Shown: in pieces, positions 59,592 to 64,000 of the stretch
Numbering within the stretch: position 1 is the first letter of the stretch
How the letters are laid out: each line of letters begins with the position of its first letter
NCBI GenBank assembly: GCA_002269645.1
Contig: NIVC01002993.1
Span: 1 to 64,000, forward strand
DNA from: Macrostomum lignano
Lineage: Eukaryota
Direction: 5' to 3'
Length of the DNA stretch: 64,000 nucleotides
The notes under the pieces: model-generated
Told to the model about the DNA's origin: nothing
Databases searched by the model: none
The model's input: the letters and a program-made list of their open reading frames with translations, nothing else
Position numbers and translations under genes: made by a program

Positions 59592-59888
59592 CTTGGACTC
59601 AACCGGGTTGCCATTGACAACGTCCTCGAGCACGCGCCTGCCGAATGTGAAATCCTCGAATTCGGCCAGGCAGCCGAGGCAGCCGGGCCGGCGGCAGCCC
59701 CAGTAAGCGTGGCAGAAGAAGCGCTGGCACAGGGCGCACTGGAATCGGCGATTCTCGGCCGGGCAGGACGGGTCGGCCCGGCGGTCTGGGAAGGCCTGCC
59801 AGCAGCACTGGCACAGCAGGTGGGCCTGGTTGTCCGGGCAGCTGGGGGTGTGAGGCGGATTTGAAAGTACTTTGAGCAATTCTTCATC
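59592..59888 (-). CDS. CHFR: CHFR Cys-rich domain exon
   Basis: HLLCQCCWQAFPDRR...QCALCQRFFCHAYWGC...CLGCL...NGNPVESK. Donor AAG|GTGATT at 59592/59591. The acceptor position (59888) is less certain. Confidence 0.85.
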
Positions 59889-59899
59889 CTTTAAAGTGC

Positions 59900-60345
59900 T
59901 TTTAAAGAGGTCAAGGCGATTCTCTAAGAGGCTGAGGGCGATTCTCTAAAAGGTTGACGGCGATTCTCTAGGAGGCTGAGTGTGATTCTCTAGGAGGCTG
60001 AGGGCGATTCTCTAGGATGCTGAGGGCGATTCTCTAGGATGCTGAGGGCGATTCTCTAGGATGCTGAGGGTTATTATCTGAGAGGTTGACGATGATTCTC
60101 TAGGAGGCTGAGGGCGATTCTCTAGGAGGCTTTGGGCGATTCTCTAGGATGCTGAGGGTTATTATCTGAGAGGTTGACGATGATTCTCTAGGAGGCTGAG
60201 GGCGATTCTCTAGGAGGCTGAGGGCGATTCTCTAAGAGGCTGAGGGCAATTCTCTAGAAGGCTGAGGGCGATTCTCTAGGAGGCTGAGGGCGATTCTCTA
60301 GGAGGCTGAGGGCGATTTTCTAGGATATTTAGGGCGATTCTCTAA
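59900..60345. repeat. 22-bp minisatellite (GAGGCTGAGGGCGATTCTCTAG) in a CHFR intron
   Basis: Tandem units visible directly. Confidence 0.93.
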
Positions 60346-60374
60346 GAGGTCATTAAACTGGCAGAGACTGACAC

Positions 60375-60735
60375 GTGAGCAACTTGCAGCGGCTCCCATC
60401 GGAGATCGTCCAGATGGGGACAGCCGTCCACAGGCGGCGGGCCCGCGCCGGCAGCTCGCAACGGCGCCAGCGGCTGCTGCGGGTCGGGCGGCTGGTAGCC
60501 CGGGCACTGGCGGCAGACGTGCCGCAAATGCGGTGGGGTCGCCAACCGATGCAGCTGATAGGTCGGGTACGGCCCTGCGAACCCGAACAGCTGGTTCATT
60601 CCAAAGTAGGCGACTCCGGCATTGCCGTCGTCATCGCTGTCTTCATCTTCTTCGTCGGATTCGTCCTCATCAGCTGGAGACTGTCTGACCACCGGGAAGG
60701 CCTCCTGCCGGCCGATGTCGTTGAGACTGTCGAGC
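60375..60735 (-). CDS. CHFR: CHFR exon (acidic linker, CRQCP motif)
   Basis: Acceptor CATTCAG|G; LDSLNDIGRQE...DEDESDEED...VCRQCPGY. The donor position is approximate. Confidence 0.75.
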
Positions 60736-60804
60736 CTGAATGAGTTTTAAATCTATTGTTGTGTAGAAACAGACTGCTCTGAAACTGGATGTATCTACAA
60801 TAGG

Positions 60805-61515
60805 GTCCGCCCTCTACCCATCTACTCACACAGGATCCGCCCTCTACCCATCTACTCACACAGGATCCGCCCTCTACCCATCTACTCACACAGGATCCGC
60901 CCTCTACCCATCTACTCACACAGGATCCGCCCTCTACCCATCTACTCACACAGGATCCGCCCTCTACCCATCTACCCGCAGGATCTGCCCTCTACCCATC
61001 TACTCACACAGGATCCGCCCTCTACCCATCCACTCACACAGGATCCGCCCTCTACCCATCTACTCACACAGGATCCGCCCTCTACCCATCTACCCGCAGG
61101 ATCCGCCCTCTACCCATCTACTCACACAGGATCCGCCCTCTACCCATCTACTCACACAGAATCCGCCCTCTACCCATCTACTCACACAGAATCCGCGCTC
61201 TACCCATCTACTCACACAGGATCCTCTCTCTACCCATCCACTCACACAGGATCCGCGCTCTATCCATCTACTCACACAGAATCCGCCCTCTACCCATCTA
61301 CTCACACAGGATCCGCCCTCTACCCATTTACTCACACAGGATCCGCGCTCTACCCATCTACTCACACAGGATCCGCCCTCTACCCATCTACTCACACAGA
61401 ATCCGCGCTCTACCCATCTACTCACACAGAATCCGCCCTCTACCCATCTACTCACACAGGATCCGCTCTCTACCCATCTACCCACGCAGAATCCGCTCTC
61501 TACCCATCAACTCAC
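60805..61515. repeat. 30-bp minisatellite (GGATCCGCCCTCTACCCATCTACTCACACA) in a CHFR intron
   Basis: 10-aa periodicity (SRWVEGGSCV). Confidence 0.95.
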
Positions 61516-61574
61516 AAAATCCGCCCCCAGACCGCAGCCCCCGCCCGCCAACCAAAGCCAAACAGGATTCGCAC

Positions 61575-61944
61575 TTCTCCAACTCCTCAGCTGGGCGCCG
61601 CCGTTCCGGATGCGCAGCCAGGTAAGCCTCGGCTAGATTAGTCACCAGCACGTTCTTGGTCACGCGTTCCGGACGTACGCGACACTGCGGACAGACCGGA
61701 TTAGTCCGTCGCCACTGGCTGTAACAGCCGGCACAATAGCCGTGCAGACAGGGTATCAGGGTGACGCAGTCGTGAAATATTTCGCAACAAATTGTGCAGT
61801 TCAGATTGGCTTCCATTGGATCGCCGGAAGCGGAGGATGAAGCAGAGGCGGATGCGGATGCTGCGGCAGCATCGGCTGAAACTGTTGGCACTTTGCTGAC
61901 TGTGCTGGGATCTGCTGCCAACATTATTGCCGGTTGATCAGGTC
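61575..61944 (-). CDS. CHFR: CHFR RING exon
   Basis: MEANLNCTICCEIFHDCVTLIPCLHGYCAGCYSQW...CPQCR...KN...NLAEAYL (C3HC4 RING). Acceptor CTACAG|GA, phase 1; donor AA|GTGCGA, phase 2. Confidence 0.92.
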
Positions 61945-62118
61945 CTGTAGATGCAATAGCAAGGTGTCCAGATTACTTCTTGTTTTGTAGGCTTACTGGG
62001 CTTAGCATTTTTCGGTCAAAGATGGTAAAATGTTTTTTATAATGAAGTACTACCTCTACTACTAAGTAAGTAGCATTATTTGGATTTATTATTGGGATTT
62101 ATTCAGATATTAACTTAC

Positions 62119-62671
62119 CCTTTTTGGTAGTGACCGCCGATTTATTAGCTTCATCTTTAGCTTCATCTTCATCTTCATCTTCAGCTTCAGCTTTATCTTT
62201 AGCTTCATCTGTTCGAGTTCGCTTAGTCGGCGGCTGATCGGTCGTCGGGTCCTCGCCGCTGTCGCCGTCAGTTATGGGTAGAGTCGTGTCGGGAATGACC
62301 ATAGTTTGAGGCGGTTCCGCGCTGCCAGACTCGCTAGCTTCATCCGGCTGTTCGTGGCCGAGCAGTTTGAGGCGAAATGCCAACGTAGAGTTGCCGGGCA
62401 GCGGACAGACAGTGATGACGTCATCCTGTCGCAGCTCGGCCACGTCGCCAAGAATCCGACGGCCATTGACCAGAGTGCCGTTCATGCTGGTGTCCTGCAG
62501 CCAGACTCCGCCGTCGGGATCCTTGAACACGGCGCAGTGGTGCCCGGACACGAACTGGTTGCCGGCCAAGGACAAGTCGCAGTCGACGGCCCGACCGATT
62601 TGGCAGCGATCGGAGAGCAGCTCGAGTGCCAGGCCGCCATCCGAGGTGTTGAATAGCTGAGCCCAGGCCTC
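62119..62671 (-). CDS. CHFR: CHFR FHA exon; the upstream exon or start lies beyond the satellite or outside the window
   Basis: EAWAQL...CQIGRAVDCDLSLAGNQFVSGHHC...LQDTSMNGTLVNG (FHA motifs GR, SxxH, NGT). Acceptor CCTACAG|GAG; donor AAGG|GTAAGT. Confidence 0.9.
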
Positions 62672-62709
62672 CTGTAGGTGGCGGCAAGGTGCATGAATGA
62701 CACTAAATA

Positions 62710-64000
62710 AATATTACTAAAGCTGACCAAAATGTCTCTTAAGCCCCAAAAATGCCCACTAGTTTACTAAATTGTCCTCGTAAGGCTTTAAAATGTCCTC
62801 AAAGCCACTACAATGTCTCTCAGGACCTAAAAATGTCACTCAAGCTACTACAATGTCTCTCAGGACCTAAAAATGTCACTCAAGCTACTACAATGTCTCT
62901 CAGGACCTAAAAATGTCACTCAAGCTACTACAATGTCTCTCAGGACCTAAAAATGTTCCTCAAGCTACTACAATGTCTCTCAGCACCTAAAAATGTCTCT
63001 CAGCACCTAAAAATGTCACTCAAGCTACTACAATGTCTCTCAGAACCTAAAAATGTTCCTCAAGCTACTACAATGTCTCTCAGCACCTAAAAATGTCTCT
63101 CAGCACCTAAAAATGTCACTCAAGCTACTACAATGTCTCTTCAGGACCTAAAAGTGTCTCTCCAGCCACTAAAATGTCTCCCATGACCTGAAAATATTCT
63201 GCAGCCACTAAAATGTCTCTCATGACCTGAAAATATTCTCCAGTGGCTAAAATGTCCCTCAAGCCACTACAATGTCTCGTCTCAGGACCTAAAAACGTCT
63301 CTTCAGCTTTTACGAGTACAATGTCTCTTGGAGCCTAAAATGTCATATAAGACACTAAAAATGTCCCTCAAGCCACTACAATGTCTCTCAGGACCTAAAA
63401 ACGTCTCCTCAGCTTCTACAATGTCTCTTGGAGCCTAAAATGTCATATAAGACATTAAAATATCCCTCAAGACACTACAATGTCTCTCAGCACCTAAAAA
63501 TGTCTCTCAGCACCTAAAAATGTCACTCAAGCTACTACAATGTCTCTCAGAACCTAAAAATGTTCCTCAAGCTACTACAATGTCTCTCAGCACCTAAAAA
63601 TGTCTCTCAGCACCTAAAAATGTCACTCAAGCTACTACAATGTCTCTTCAGGACCTAAAAGTGTCTCTCCAGCCACTAAAATGTCTCCCATGACCTGAAA
63701 ATATTCTCCAGCCACTAAAATGTCTCTCATGACCTGAAAATATTCTCCAGTGGCTAAAATGTCCCTCAAGCCACTACAATGTCTCGTCTCAGGACCTAAA
63801 AACGTCTCTTCAGCTTTTACGAGTACAATGTCTCTTGGAGCCTAAAATGTCATATAAGACACTAAAAATGTCCCTCAAGCCACTACAATGTCTCTCAGGA
63901 CCTAAAAACGTCTCCTCAGCTTCTACAATGTCTCTTGGAGCCTAAAATGTCATTCATATAAGACACTAAAAATGTCCCTCAAGCCACGAGCTACAATGTC
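62710..64000. repeat. AAAATGTC/CAATGTCTCTCAG-based satellite with a 507-bp higher-order repeat
   Basis: Identical variant strings recur at a 507-nt offset (63041/63548; 63141/63648). Confidence 0.93.

Overview
Repeat-rich invertebrate eukaryotic genomic DNA. GC-rich coding exons, AT-rich spacers and minisatellite-filled introns would fit a flatworm such as Macrostomum (inference only). Eight protein-coding loci are supported. On the minus strand: an RCC1L/WBSCR16 homolog with apparent frame disruptions, an intronless 1441-aa Apaf-1-like gene (CARD, NB-ARC, WD40), RABL3, a TMEM223-like gene and CHFR (FHA, RING, Cys-rich, PBZ; 5' end outside the window). On the plus strand: an E78 (NR1E)-type nuclear receptor with a 16.6-kb first coding intron, a three-exon LRR protein with a BC-box-like N-terminus, and a 591-aa orphan with ankyrin-like and SOCS-like traces. 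Mobile elements are a 5'-truncated RT/RNase H LINE with a 7-bp TSD, a TTAA-flanked fold-back element, a G-run MITE, a TA-flanked TIR element carrying an ORF, and a small inverted-repeat element. About 30 tandem arrays produce most of the long ORFs in the supplied track. The most notable observations are a tandemly amplified array of RFX X-box motifs just upstream of the LRR gene, intronic satellites whose units carry sense-strand splice signals, and two operon-like junctions where a poly(A) signal lies close to a splice acceptor. Several single-base frameshifts fall in homopolymers and are probably assembly errors. Nothing here is proven to be a new system.
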